Source of the DNA: Candidatus Daviesbacteria bacterium
Lineage (GTDB): Bacteria > Patescibacteriota > Microgenomatia > Daviesbacterales > UBA10151
Direction of reading: 5' to 3'
DNA length: 64,000 nt
Assembly: GCA_028687915.1 (NCBI GenBank)
Contig: JAQTZF010000001.1
Location: 354,634 to 418,633 of the forward strand
Shown here one piece after another: positions 38,094-48,228 of the stretch. The position numbers and the translations under genes were made by a program. A model generated the notes under the pieces. It saw nothing but the letters and a program-made list of their open reading frames with translations, was not told where the DNA came from and ran no database searches. Positions within the stretch are counted from its first letter, which is position 1; the number at the start of each line of letters is the position of its first letter.

Positions 38094-38136
38094 CCGTCTT
38101 TTATTTTTTTCACTACAGTAGTATAGTTCCTACTAC

Positions 38137-39603
38137 ATGGATTCTTTTGATTTAGTAATTTTTGGTATCACAGGAAATTTAGCCCAGATAAAATTAATCC
38201 CTGTCCTTTATGACATGGTGGAAAAAGATATTCTACCTGAATCAGTACAAATTGTTGGTACTGCCAGGTCTCCAATGACTCAGGAAGAATTTGAAAGCTA
38301 TTTTCATAAAGTATTACATCAGGACAATAGACATCATAAACATGATGTTCATGAAGCAGTTTTAAAAAAACTTTTTTCAAAGTTACATTATTTGCCAGGA
38401 AACTTAGATGACCCAAGCTTTTATCGAAATATTAAAGACTATCTTAAAAAAATTCACAAAGGTGAGGGTAAACAAAATCTAGTTTTTTATCTGGCAACTT
38501 ATCCTCAGCTTTATCAGAGTATTTTTGATAATCTCAAAAAAATTGGACTTAGTGACCAAGAAAAAAGATGGGTTCGTTTGATTATAGAAAAGCCCATTGG
38601 TTTAGATTTACCATCAGCTAAGAAACTAAATAAATTATTGCTTAAATATTTTCATGAAAATCAAATATTTAGATTAGATCATTATTTAGGCAAAGAAACA
38701 CTTCAAAATATTTTAACTTTTAGATTTGGTAATGGAATTTTTGAGCCAATGATGAATAAAAAATATATTGATCATATTCAGGTTTCTGCTCTGGAGGATT
38801 TTGGAATTGGTAAAAGGGGTGGCTATTATGATTCTGTAGGGGCATTAAAAGATGTGGGGCAAAATCATTTATTACAAATGTTAACTATTCCTTGTATGGA
38901 TCCACCAAAAGAATTTTTACATACAGAGGTAGTAAAGGAACGTCAAAAAATTATTAAGAAATTAATTTCTTATCCAAAAAGTTTAATTTTGGGCCAATAT
39001 GAGGGATATCAAAAAGAAGAAAACGTTGCACCTGACTCTGTAACAGATACATATTTTGCTTTTAAAACAGAAATAAATAATACCAGATTTAAAGGAGTTC
39101 CTATTTATATAAGAGGAGGTAAAAGTTTAAAACAAACAGCTACAGAAATTTCTATAGTTTTTAAAAACCCTACCAACAGACTATTCAAGAATTTAGATGG
39201 AGGAAAAGCACCAAATGTTTTGGTTTATCGTATCCAACCAAATGAAGGAATCATGCTACAAATTTTAACTAAAAAACCGGATCACGGAACAGCACTGAAC
39301 CATTCATTTATGCAATATTGTTATCCTCAAAACTTTCCTCAACATACATTTCCGGATGCATACGAAAAGTTAATAGTTGATGCAATTCGAGGTGATCAAA
39401 CGTATTTTAATAATGCAGCAGAGGTGGAATCTGAATGGAAATACATTGATGAATTTACAGCAAAACTTCCAGAACCTTGTCTTTATAAACCAGGATCATG
39501 GGGACCTAAAGAAGCTGATGAATTAATAGAAAAAGATGGAAGAAAATGGCTTGAGCCTTCAAATCAACTTTGTAGTTTTACTACAATTTCTTCATTAAAA
39601 TAA
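38137..39603 (+). CDS. zwf: Glucose-6-phosphate 1-dehydrogenase
   Basis: 'IFGITGNLAQIKLIPVLY' dinucleotide fold, 'RLDHYLGKE' active site, 'YRIQPNEGI'. Confidence 0.85.
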   Translation: MDSFDLVIFGITGNLAQIKLIPVLYDMVEKDILPESVQIVGTARSPMTQEEFESYFHKVLHQDNRHHKHDVHEAVLKKLFSKLHYLPGNLDDPSFYRNIKDYLKKIHKGEGKQNLVFYLATYPQLYQSIFDNLKKIGLSDQEKRWVRLIIEKPIGLDLPSAKKLNKLLLKYFHENQIFRLDHYLGKETLQNILTFRFGNGIFEPMMNKKYIDHIQVSALEDFGIGKRGGYYDSVGALKDVGQNHLLQMLTIPCMDPPKEFLHTEVVKERQKIIKKLISYPKSLILGQYEGYQKEENVAPDSVTDTYFAFKTEINNTRFKGVPIYIRGGKSLKQTATEISIVFKNPTNRLFKNLDGGKAPNVLVYRIQPNEGIMLQILTKKPDHGTALNHSFMQYCYPQNFPQHTFPDAYEKLIVDAIRGDQTYFNNAAEVESEWKYIDEFTAKLPEPCLYKPGSWGPKEADELIEKDGRKWLEPSNQLCSFTTISSLK

Positions 39604-39604
39604 G

Positions 39605-40540
39605 TTATTTTGTCTTTTTCACTGCATGCTGGCCAAATTGACCGCGCATTGCAGAAATTACTTTATTTCTAAATCCTTCCGGGGAGTCCTCTGGGTCTTT
39701 ATCAGAATTTTCTCTGATTTTAATAGCGCTTTCCATGGCTGGTACGTCAATTCCCATCTCCCTGGCTACATCAACTGTCCAATCTGCCTCTCCCGGTACT
39801 CTTTTACCAGATCCTCCGGAACCAATGCTGGATGAAATATCAGATAGCTCCGGATCTTCTTTAAAGGCATCCCAGGCCCAATTAACAAGTCTTGATTCAA
39901 CTACAGAGCGATGCATATAAATATCCAAAACCTTATTAAAGTCATATTTAAAAGGGGAAAATTTCAGAATAGATAAACCTTCACCGATTGATTCCATCAT
40001 GCCGTATTCAATAGCATTATGAACCATTTTGGCAAAATGTCCTGCTCCAATTGGGCCTAAATATTGATAAGCATCTGGTGAAGCAGCAGCTTTGGCAAGT
40101 TCTGTAATTTTTTCATAGTCTTCTTTTTCTCCACCAATCATCAAACAAGCGCCACTTCTGGCTCCGCCTGGTCCACCAGATGTACCAATATCCATAAAGT
40201 GAATGCCTTTTTTAGCCAGAATTTCATTTCTTTTTAAAGTATCTTTATAAAAAGAATTACCTCCATCAATTACTAAATCTCCTGGTGAAAGTTTTTCTGC
40301 CAATTGATTTACTATTTCATCAACGACTTCTCCTGCAGTTACCATTACCCAAATTATTCTGGGAGTTTCTAGTTTTGAAATTAAGTCATCAATACTATTT
40401 GCCGGGGTAGCACCTGCTTTAGCTACTTCTGCAACAGGATCGGGAGATCTATTCCAAGCCACAATTTCAATGCCTTGCTCAAGCAAATGAAAAACCATAT
40501 TCTTGCCCATTCTTCCAAGTCCAATATAACCAATCTTCAT
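39605..40540 (-). CDS. gnd: 6-phosphogluconate dehydrogenase, short-form (NAD(P)-binding, decarboxylating)
   Basis: 'MKIGYIGLGRMGKNM' Rossmann fold. 311 aa, YqeC-like. Confidence 0.75.
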   Translation of the reverse strand: MKIGYIGLGRMGKNMVFHLLEQGIEIVAWNRSPDPVAEVAKAGATPANSIDDLISKLETPRIIWVMVTAGEVVDEIVNQLAEKLSPGDLVIDGGNSFYKDTLKRNEILAKKGIHFMDIGTSGGPGGARSGACLMIGGEKEDYEKITELAKAAASPDAYQYLGPIGAGHFAKMVHNAIEYGMMESIGEGLSILKFSPFKYDFNKVLDIYMHRSVVESRLVNWAWDAFKEDPELSDISSSIGSGGSGKRVPGEADWTVDVAREMGIDVPAMESAIKIRENSDKDPEDSPEGFRNKVISAMRGQFGQHAVKKTK

Positions 40541-40588
40541 GATGAGTTTTAGTATACTACTTCTTTTATAAAATAAAACAACTGAAAA

Positions 40589-40617
40589 TTGACAATATAT
40601 AGGTCCTGCTCTATTAT
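40589..40617 (+). promoter_or_regulatory. Near-consensus sigma-70 promoter TTGACA-17-TATTAT upstream of 40624
   Basis: Hexamers read directly. Confidence 0.45.
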
Positions 40618-40623
40618 TTTTGC

Positions 40624-41103
40624 ATGAATGAGTACTTACTTCCCGAAGAGATATTTTGTTCCATGGAAAGAGAGGTATCTTTTGCTGATATTTTAATTAA
40701 TAAATTTAAAGAGCAAACAGATCCTCGAACTTATATTTCTGGCAGAAAAAATCCATCAAGTGAATTTATAATAGGTGATTTAAAAGCAGAGTATGACTTA
40801 GGTTGTTGCATTTCTCTGGAAAGATCTTATAGGAAACTTGATTATAAGGTACATTTTGGAGAAGCCAGTGCACGACAACTTCAATCTGGTTATTGTGCTG
40901 AAATAAGAGCAGGTGAATTGTATGATAGTCATTATCAAAAATACGTTGCAATTAAAGGAGGTATGTCACTAATAGACCTGAGTGACCCTTTGGGATTATT
41001 CTTAATTAATACTTTGAGGGATGTAGCTATAGAAGCAGGAATTAAAGGAATAAGTTTTAAGTTACTGCCTACTGATTGGCGACAGGTTATAAATGGGCTA
41101 TAG
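40624..41103 (+). CDS. Hypothetical protein, 159 aa
   Basis: ORF with a strong promoter. No recognised motif. Confidence 0.45.
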   Translation: MNEYLLPEEIFCSMEREVSFADILINKFKEQTDPRTYISGRKNPSSEFIIGDLKAEYDLGCCISLERSYRKLDYKVHFGEASARQLQSGYCAEIRAGELYDSHYQKYVAIKGGMSLIDLSDPLGLFLINTLRDVAIEAGIKGISFKLLPTDWRQVINGL

Positions 41104-41121
41104 CTATGCTATGATAAATTT

Positions 41122-41985
41122 ATGACTGCAAGAGAATGGTTGGAAAAAGCAAAGAGGGAAAAGTTTGCCATTGGTGCTTTTAATGTTGGAAATTTAGAAA
41201 CTTTTAAAGCAATAGTCGCTGCTGCTCATGCCAAAAAATCTCCTGTAATAATTGAATCTTCGCCTGGAGAAACTGAATGGATGGAAGCGGACAATATAGT
41301 TGATCTTGCCAGAAATTATTCTAAAGATTTAGGAATTCCAATTTTAGTAAATTTAGATCATGCCGAATCTTTGGAACAATGCCAGATTGGGATAGAGGCA
41401 GGTTATGATTTAATTCATTTTGATGGATCAAAATTAGCCTTTGAAGAAAATTTAGAAATTGCTAAAAAAGTTGTGGCTTTAGCTCATCAAAAAGGTTTAA
41501 TAGTTGAAGGAGAATTTGATCATATTCAAGGTTCATCAGAAGTGCATTCCGGTTCTGCAAAGGTTGAAAGTGCAAAAATACCAATGACTGATCCAAATAA
41601 GGCAGAACAATTTGTGAAAGTTACAGGAGTGGATATTTTAGCTGCTTTTTTTGGAAATGTTCACGGAGTATTTAGTGAAGGTGGGGAAGATTTGGATTTA
41701 GACCGTTTAGAAGAAATTTCTTCTAAAATGCCAGATAAATTTTTATCCCTTCATGGTGGATCCGGTATAGCAGATGAACAGGTAAAAGAAGCTATAGAAA
41801 GAGGGATAACAAAAGTAAATATTAATACAGAAATGCGCCAGGCATTCCGTGAGAATATGGAAAATGTTTTAGACAAAAACCCAGATGAAATTGCCATGTA
41901 CAAGATTGAACAACCTGTTATTGATGAAATTCAAAAAATTGTTGAGCAAAAAATTGATGTCTTCGGTTCTGCGAATAAAATTTAG
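41122..41985 (+). CDS. fba: Class II fructose/tagatose-bisphosphate aldolase
   Basis: 'VNLDHAES', 'IHFDGS', 'SLHGGSG' metal and phosphate-binding motifs. Confidence 0.8.
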   Translation: MTAREWLEKAKREKFAIGAFNVGNLETFKAIVAAAHAKKSPVIIESSPGETEWMEADNIVDLARNYSKDLGIPILVNLDHAESLEQCQIGIEAGYDLIHFDGSKLAFEENLEIAKKVVALAHQKGLIVEGEFDHIQGSSEVHSGSAKVESAKIPMTDPNKAEQFVKVTGVDILAAFFGNVHGVFSEGGEDLDLDRLEEISSKMPDKFLSLHGGSGIADEQVKEAIERGITKVNINTEMRQAFRENMENVLDKNPDEIAMYKIEQPVIDEIQKIVEQKIDVFGSANKI

Positions 41986-42689
41986 TGGATGACTACTCTT
42001 GTTCCTGGGTTATCTGGTGTGGCTCTTAGAGCATTTACTCCTGCTGGTACTACTGGTCCTGCCCAATCAAAAATTTGAGCAGCAGAGGCAAGTGGTTCAT
42101 TAACACAACCGTGACTCATGGGGTGACCAAAATTATTATGCCAATAAGCTCCATGTAAAGCATACCCCTGATAGAAAAACATATTGCTTGGAACATTTGG
42201 TAAATTATAATATGTACCTAACTCTTGTGATCCGCCTTTCATTCTTTGGTATCTGGTTTTATACCAGATATAAAATGTTCCTCGTGGTGTAGAATTCCAA
42301 AGACCTGAAGAAATTAAAAATTCAAAAACTAATCTATTGCCTTCATAAGCTCTTAGCTTTTGTTCTGCCAGAGAAACGTCTATCCATTTTTCTTCTCCAG
42401 CAGCATTGGTTGTACCAAGTACTTTTGAAGTATCTTCTTCATTGGAATTTGATAAGGCGAGTGAAGTTTTTGGATAATCTATAACCTGACTGTCAAAAAC
42501 TGCAATATTGGCTTCTTCTTCAAAGTCTCCCGAAGCAGAAAGTACCTCTTCTACTTTACAGCATGATGTAGTTGGGTCTCCTGAGATGTTTAATTTATAT
42601 GCTATAAAACTTCTAAAAGGCACATAAAAATAAGCTATAGCGATGAAAATAATAATTAGCAGGATGAAGATGGACAGTATCTTATACAC
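41982..42689 (-). CDS. L,D-transpeptidase (YkuD domain), membrane-anchored
   Basis: Catalytic 'HPMSHGCVNEP' (H...SHGC). N-terminal TM. Confidence 0.7.
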   Translation of the reverse strand: MYKILSIFILLIIIFIAIAYFYVPFRSFIAYKLNISGDPTTSCCKVEEVLSASGDFEEEANIAVFDSQVIDYPKTSLALSNSNEEDTSKVLGTTNAAGEEKWIDVSLAEQKLRAYEGNRLVFEFLISSGLWNSTPRGTFYIWYKTRYQRMKGGSQELGTYYNLPNVPSNMFFYQGYALHGAYWHNNFGHPMSHGCVNEPLASAAQIFDWAGPVVPAGVNALRATPDNPGTRVVIH

Positions 42690-42801
42690 TTAGTATATTT
42701 TCCTCAGCCTGTACCTTAAAGTCAAGAGGCGATGCATTATAACTTTGATTAAAAGTTGTAATTTGAAGTATATTTGATATAGACTTGCTTGAAAGAAATT
42801 A

Positions 42802-43917
42802 ATGAATTACAAAATAATATACAACCATAGGCATTGGTTTATTAATTTATTTCTCTTGGGAATACTAATTGTATTCCTATACTTTTTTGTATTCTTTTTT
42901 ATCCCCTTAGCATTACCAGAAGCTAGTTTTTCCAATACAACTAAATCCGGCATTATATTTAGAAATGAAAAATGGAGTGGTGTTATTACAATTACAGGAG
43001 ATATATGGACTTTTCCCGGGGCAAAAGTAAGTGTGGTTCCTGGTACAAAAATATTAATTGCCAGACAAGATAGCTTTAATTTGCATTTTATTCCCTGGGA
43101 TTTAAAGTCCGGAATGAATACTGATAAAGAAAGATTTGGTATTCGGAATGGTGAATTGTTTAAAGATGAAGGACATAAAATAAGTTTGAATTTTGGAAAA
43201 TTTTATGCTCTTGGAACAAAAGAACAACCAATCATTATTACCTCAATAGGATCAAGTGATTTTAGTCCCTATGATTTTAATGGCGTTAGCGTTCATGAAG
43301 GAATATTAAGCTTTGTAAATATTTCAAATTATAGAAAATTATTAGTGGGGAATAATGTCATAATTCGTGATAGTGAACTAACTAATTCTGGTGAATGTGC
43401 AATATGTATTGAATATGCTAATCCCACAATCGTTAATAATGTTTTTAATAAAAACCTCAGGAATTACATATGGGTTTTAGGTGGTAGTCCAAAAATTAAT
43501 GATAATTTATTTCAATCATCCAAAGGAGAGGGACTTGTGTTGGATCCTAAAAAGATTGCAGTTCCTCTTATTTATCATAATAGCTTTGAAATGCCTAGTC
43601 AGGTAGCTTTACATATATTATCTGGTGATGAAGATATAGGAGGAATGGTTGCATTTAATGATTTTGCTGGTGAAAATAAGATTTTATTACCATGTGACAG
43701 CAGAATGAAATTTGTTCAGAATTTAATTAGAGGTGGAATTGAATTTGCAAATTCAGGTAATTGTAATGGAAGTATGACCATTGGTCCAAACTATTGGCAA
43801 TCTACTAATAGAAATTCAATAATAAAAGAAAAATTCATTAATAAAGAGTCTAATTTTCAAATTATTTTACCATCTGTCTTAACTTCTACTCCCAGTACCA
43901 TAGGAAGAAGAAAATAA
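42802..43917 (+). CDS. Membrane-anchored protein with parallel beta-helix (pectate-lyase-like) repeats
   Basis: N-terminal TM, then repeated 'N..I..N.F' rungs (NVIIRDSELTNSG / NNVFNKN / INDNLFQSS). Confidence 0.45.
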   Translation: MNYKIIYNHRHWFINLFLLGILIVFLYFFVFFFIPLALPEASFSNTTKSGIIFRNEKWSGVITITGDIWTFPGAKVSVVPGTKILIARQDSFNLHFIPWDLKSGMNTDKERFGIRNGELFKDEGHKISLNFGKFYALGTKEQPIIITSIGSSDFSPYDFNGVSVHEGILSFVNISNYRKLLVGNNVIIRDSELTNSGECAICIEYANPTIVNNVFNKNLRNYIWVLGGSPKINDNLFQSSKGEGLVLDPKKIAVPLIYHNSFEMPSQVALHILSGDEDIGGMVAFNDFAGENKILLPCDSRMKFVQNLIRGGIEFANSGNCNGSMTIGPNYWQSTNRNSIIKEKFINKESNFQIILPSVLTSTPSTIGRRK

Positions 43918-43949
43918 AAGCCTTAACCTCTTGTCATCAGCAGCACAAG

Positions 43950-44681
43950 ATGATATATAAGATTTATCTTTTTATGAAACAAAATCACATTGTTATTATT
44001 TTTATCATCTTAGCAATTATTGCTCTATCTTCTGCAGGAGCTAATGCTTTAAAGATCAGTTTTTCAGCTGATAATGTAACTCCAACACCCACAGAAAGTA
44101 TTTTATTTAATCAGGATGGAAATAAGCTTGATCAAAATATTTTAAGTGCACAAGATAAAATATCACCAGCTAATACAAAACCAGAGCCAACTAAAATTCA
44201 ACCAAAACAATATCGTCAATTTCCCGGGAACCTTTCTGCAGAAGAGTTAATTAATAAAAAAGCTGTGATTGAAACAGATAAGGGAACCATCTCTTTTGAA
44301 ATTTATCCAGAAAGCACGAAAGCAGCTTCTAATTTTATTTTTTTAGCTAAAGATGGTTTTTATGATGGACTAACATTTCATAGAGTTGTTCCTGGTTTTG
44401 TTATTCAGGGAGGTGATCCATTTGGAAATGGTAGTGGTGGACCAGGATATAAATTTGATGACGAACCAGTTAATAAGCAATACTTAAAAGGAATTGTGGC
44501 AATGGCAAATTCCGGTCCAAATACCAATGGGTCTCAATTTTTTATTATGTTGGATGATAATCCACAGTTACCTCCCAAATATACAATTTTTGGTATGGTT
44601 ATCGACGGGCAAAGTATTGTTGATCAAATAAAAGTGGGGGATGTTATGAGGAAAGTGACAATCACTTCGTTGAATAAATAG
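43950..44681 (+). CDS. Cyclophilin-type peptidyl-prolyl cis-trans isomerase, membrane-anchored
   Basis: 'FHRVVPGFVIQGGDP', 'VAMANSGPNTNGSQFFI'. N-terminal TM plus linker. Confidence 0.85.
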   Translation: MIYKIYLFMKQNHIVIIFIILAIIALSSAGANALKISFSADNVTPTPTESILFNQDGNKLDQNILSAQDKISPANTKPEPTKIQPKQYRQFPGNLSAEELINKKAVIETDKGTISFEIYPESTKAASNFIFLAKDGFYDGLTFHRVVPGFVIQGGDPFGNGSGGPGYKFDDEPVNKQYLKGIVAMANSGPNTNGSQFFIMLDDNPQLPPKYTIFGMVIDGQSIVDQIKVGDVMRKVTITSLNK

Positions 44682-44687
44682 GCTATT

Positions 44688-44734
44688 ACTCAATATATTG
44701 TATATTGACAGCTGTCCTACTCAATATGTTAAGT
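44688..44734 (+). promoter_or_regulatory. Two NrdR boxes, ACTCAATATATTGTAT (44688-44703) and ACTCAATATGTTAAGT (44719-44734), 31 bp apart
   Basis: 14/16 and 12/16 matches to the consensus acaCwAtATaTwGtgt. The 31-bp (about three helical turns) spacing is typical. Confidence 0.5.
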
Positions 44735-44788
44735 TAGATAAGCAGTTGCTAAAAATAACTGATTATACAAGATATTGTATAAAGAGAT

Positions 44789-45232
44789 ATGAGATGCCCT
44801 TTCTGTAGTAATCCTAGTAATCGGGTTTTAGATAAAAGAACGGTTTCAGGTACTGGAGAAATTAGAAGACGAAGAGTTTGCTTACACTGTCAAGGTCGGT
44901 TTACCACATACGAGAGGTTGTCAAATTTACAGTTTTTGGTTTTTAAAAGGAGCGGTCATAAAGAACCATATAACCGGGATAAGTTAAAGAACGGGATAGT
45001 AAAAGCTTTGGAAAAGCGGCCTGAGTCACAAAACTTAGACGAGCTTGTTTCCAAGCTTGAACGGAAAATCTGGAAAAAAGGTATATCTGAGGTTAATTCT
45101 CAATATATTGGTAAGGTAGTGCTGTCAGAATTGAAAAAGATTGATAGTGTTGCATACTTACGCTTTGCCAGTGTTTATCGTCATTTTGAAAATCCTAAAG
45201 ATTTTGCAAAAGAATTAGAAAGCATGAATTAA
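44789..45232 (+). CDS. nrdR: Transcriptional repressor NrdR
   Basis: Zn ribbon 'CPFC...CLHC' plus ATP-cone. Confidence 0.85.
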   Translation: MRCPFCSNPSNRVLDKRTVSGTGEIRRRRVCLHCQGRFTTYERLSNLQFLVFKRSGHKEPYNRDKLKNGIVKALEKRPESQNLDELVSKLERKIWKKGISEVNSQYIGKVVLSELKKIDSVAYLRFASVYRHFENPKDFAKELESMN

Positions 45233-45235
45233 AAT

Positions 45236-45330
45236 ATAAGCAAAGCTTGAAATTAAGGAATTATAAGCAAAGCTTGAAATTAAGAAATTATAAGCAAAGC
45301 TTGCGACTAACGTCTAAAGCAAAGCTTGAA
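45236..45330 (+). repeat. Four tandem direct repeats (period 25-27 bp) with core AAGCAAAGCTTGAA, between nrdR and nrdJ
   Basis: Copies begin at 45236, 45263, 45290 and 45317. The first two 22-mers, ATAAGCAAAGCTTGAAATTAAG, are identical. Confidence 0.6.
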
Positions 45331-45347
45331 TTTTTATAAATAAAAAT

Positions 45348-47801
45348 ATGGCAAAAAAACTAAAAAATACTAAATCTAAAGTTTTCGCTCAGCAAGTAAA
45401 TGTAATACCAAAAAGCGAAAGGCATGTATCTCCTAAGCTAGAGATATCTGCTGTTCCTGAAAATCCAACTTTGATTGAAGGTTTACAGAATAAAATATTT
45501 TTAGACAGATATGCCTGGAAAGATGAAAAAGGCAATCCTATGGAAAGTGTGCCAGATCAAATGTGGTCCCGTGTGGCCAGGGCTATTGCTCATGTTGAAA
45601 AAACTCCAAAATTACAAAAAGAATGGGAGGAGAAATTCTTTTATGCTTTATCAGACTTTAAGTTTTTACCAGGAGGCAGAATTTTATCTGCAGCAGGAAC
45701 AGGTTATGAGGTAACTTATTACAATTGTTTTGTTATTCCGTCTCCTCCGGATTCAAGAGGTGGAATTATAGATAACTTAAAAATAATGACAGAGATGTTA
45801 TCTCGTGCAGGAGGAGTGGGGATTAACTTATCAACCCTTCGTCCAAGTGGTGCAAGGGTACATAAAGTAAACGGGACTTCTTCCGGACCAGTAAACTGGG
45901 CAAATCTTTATTCAGTCGCTTGCCATGATGTGATTCAACAGGGTGGTTCAAGAAGAGGAGCATTAATGTTAATGCTGCATGATTGGCATCCTGATATTGA
46001 ATTATTTATTGAAGCTAAAAAAGATTTAACGCAATTAGCAGGAGCAAACTTATCAGTTTGTTTATCTGATACATTTATGGAAGCGGTAGAAAATGACGCA
46101 GATTGGACTCTTCGTTTTCCAGATCATAAACACCCACAATATGATTTGGAATGGGATGGAGATTTAGCTGGGTGGGAAGCCAAAGGCTATCCAGTGGTTG
46201 ATTATAGAACTGTTAAAGCTAAAGATGTCTGGAATAAGATTTGTCAGTTAGCCTGGGCTTCAGCTGAGCCAGGATTACATTTCCTGGAACGCAGCAATAA
46301 ACAATCCAACACCTGGTATTTTGAAAAATTAGTTTGCACTAACCCTTGTGGAGAACAGCCTTTGGGTCCCTGGGCAGTTTGTAATTTAGGATCAATTAAT
46401 TTATCAGCCTTTGTAGAAGATGAAGTGATGAATTACGAAAGCTTGGCAGAGCATGTAGCGATTGCAGTAAGGTTTTTGGATAACGTTATTGATGATAATT
46501 ATTATTTTTATCCAGAAAATGAAGCAATTCAGAAAAATGTACGCCGAATTGGTTTAGGCACCATGGGATTAGGAGATGCTTTAATTAAAATGAAAGTTAA
46601 GTATGGTTCTCCGGAGTCTTTGGAAATTATTGAAAAAATTTATAAGACAGTCAGAGATAATGCTTATCAGGCATCTTCAGATATTGCTTTAGAAAAAGGC
46701 TCTTTTCCTAAATTTAATAAAGAAAAGTATTTACAAGGGTACTTTATTAAACAATTACCAGAAAATATTCGTGAAAGTATAGAACATCAAGGAATCAGAA
46801 ATGCTGTGTTATTAACTCAGGCACCAACCGGAACAACAAGTTTATTAGCTGGTGTTAGTTCCGGAATTGAACCAGTGTTTGATTTTGCTATGAAAAGAAA
46901 AGACAGAACTGGTGAAAGTATTATTTATCATCCTCTTTTTAAGGCCTGGAAAGATGAAAATGAGGGAATTGAGATTCCACCAGATTATTTTGCCGGAGCT
47001 AATGATTTAACTCCTGATGATCATATTTTAGTTCAGGCTACAGTGCAAAAGTATACTGATGCATCTATCTCTAAAACAGTTAACGCTCAAAATAATCATA
47101 CAGTAGAAGATGTGCAGAAGCTTTATATGGATGCTTACAAGTTAGGTTGTAAGGGTATAACTTATATGAGAGATGGTTCAAGAGAAGGCGTTTTAACACA
47201 TATTAACGAGAATTCTAAACAACAAGAATCAACTCAAGTCCAGCCTGTCCACCGTCCTATGGTTTTATCTGGTCGTACTTATGAAATTTTAACTCCTGTA
47301 GGAAAAGCTTTTATTACAATTAATCAGGATGAAAATGGGGTACCAATGGAAATCTTTATTACTGTAGGTAAGACAGGTATGCATACGGGAGCAGATGCTG
47401 AAGCTTTGGGGAGACTTATTTCCATTGCTTTAAGAGTAGATACAAATAAAAGGTTGGAAGTTGCAGAAAAAATAGTAAATCAGTTAAGAGGAATAGGTGG
47501 ATCTTCTCATATAGGTTTTGGTAAGGAAAGAGTTATGAGTTTGGCTGATGCAGTAGCAAAAGTTATGGCTGAAGATTTATCTCATAGGTTATCAAATTCA
47601 GCTAAGTCTGTTGAAACAATGCCTCTAAATTTGGATTCAGGTAAAACAAATGGGGTTGATCATTCTCAAATGTCAGGTTTACTTCCTTTTGAGGATCATA
47701 CATCAAAAAGTGGAGATCTTTGTCCTGAATGTGGGCAGGCAACCTTTGTTTTTGAAGAAGGCTGCAAGAAGTGTCACAATTGTGGCCATAGTATGTGTTG
47801 A
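45348..47801 (+). CDS. nrdJ: Class II (adenosylcobalamin-dependent) ribonucleotide reductase
   Basis: Active-site 'NPCGEQPL', 817 aa monomeric size, C-terminal zinc ribbon 'CPECGQ...CKKCHNCGH'. Confidence 0.85.
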   Translation: MAKKLKNTKSKVFAQQVNVIPKSERHVSPKLEISAVPENPTLIEGLQNKIFLDRYAWKDEKGNPMESVPDQMWSRVARAIAHVEKTPKLQKEWEEKFFYALSDFKFLPGGRILSAAGTGYEVTYYNCFVIPSPPDSRGGIIDNLKIMTEMLSRAGGVGINLSTLRPSGARVHKVNGTSSGPVNWANLYSVACHDVIQQGGSRRGALMLMLHDWHPDIELFIEAKKDLTQLAGANLSVCLSDTFMEAVENDADWTLRFPDHKHPQYDLEWDGDLAGWEAKGYPVVDYRTVKAKDVWNKICQLAWASAEPGLHFLERSNKQSNTWYFEKLVCTNPCGEQPLGPWAVCNLGSINLSAFVEDEVMNYESLAEHVAIAVRFLDNVIDDNYYFYPENEAIQKNVRRIGLGTMGLGDALIKMKVKYGSPESLEIIEKIYKTVRDNAYQASSDIALEKGSFPKFNKEKYLQGYFIKQLPENIRESIEHQGIRNAVLLTQAPTGTTSLLAGVSSGIEPVFDFAMKRKDRTGESIIYHPLFKAWKDENEGIEIPPDYFAGANDLTPDDHILVQATVQKYTDASISKTVNAQNNHTVEDVQKLYMDAYKLGCKGITYMRDGSREGVLTHINENSKQQESTQVQPVHRPMVLSGRTYEILTPVGKAFITINQDENGVPMEIFITVGKTGMHTGADAEALGRLISIALRVDTNKRLEVAEKIVNQLRGIGGSSHIGFGKERVMSLADAVAKVMAEDLSHRLSNSAKSVETMPLNLDSGKTNGVDHSQMSGLLPFEDHTSKSGDLCPECGQATFVFEEGCKKCHNCGHSMC

Positions 47802-47818
47802 TGTGCTAAAATAAGCAC

Positions 47819-48139
47819 ATGGGTTTTTTTAAGGTAGCTCATCTTTTAACTCTATTTGTTGCTTATCTTTTGCTTATTTTGCCAAATTTTAAGATTATTC
47901 CTTATCCACTTGGTGAGTATACATCGTTAGAATGGGCAGTTTTTGATCAGCTTATTGTTCTTCTGGCATTTATTACTTCAGTAATTGCATTACTAAAAAA
48001 CAAATATAGTAAAGTTTTAAGCATTTTTCTAATATTTTTATCCCTTATTCCATTTATCTTGGTTTCATTTCTGTTTATAGATGGAGTGTTTTCAGGTAAT
48101 TATCATTTGGATTATCTTTCTAATAAATATTTTAAATAA
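47819..48139 (+). CDS. Hypothetical 3-TM membrane protein
   Basis: Hydrophobicity only. Confidence 0.4.
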   Translation: MGFFKVAHLLTLFVAYLLLILPNFKIIPYPLGEYTSLEWAVFDQLIVLLAFITSVIALLKNKYSKVLSIFLIFLSLIPFILVSFLFIDGVFSGNYHLDYLSNKYFK

Positions 48140-48228
48140 TTTGATTTGGAAGATTCTTCTGGTCCAGTGGACCATCAGAATGCAAACATATATTCGCAAT
48201 GACACCTTTCTTTTGCTAGAATTGGCTC

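Noticed and set aside
45236-45330. The nrdR-nrdJ tandem repeats as NrdR boxes
   Set aside because: The core AAGCAAAGCTTGAA does not match acaCwAtATaTwGtgt. The real NrdR boxes are upstream of nrdR.
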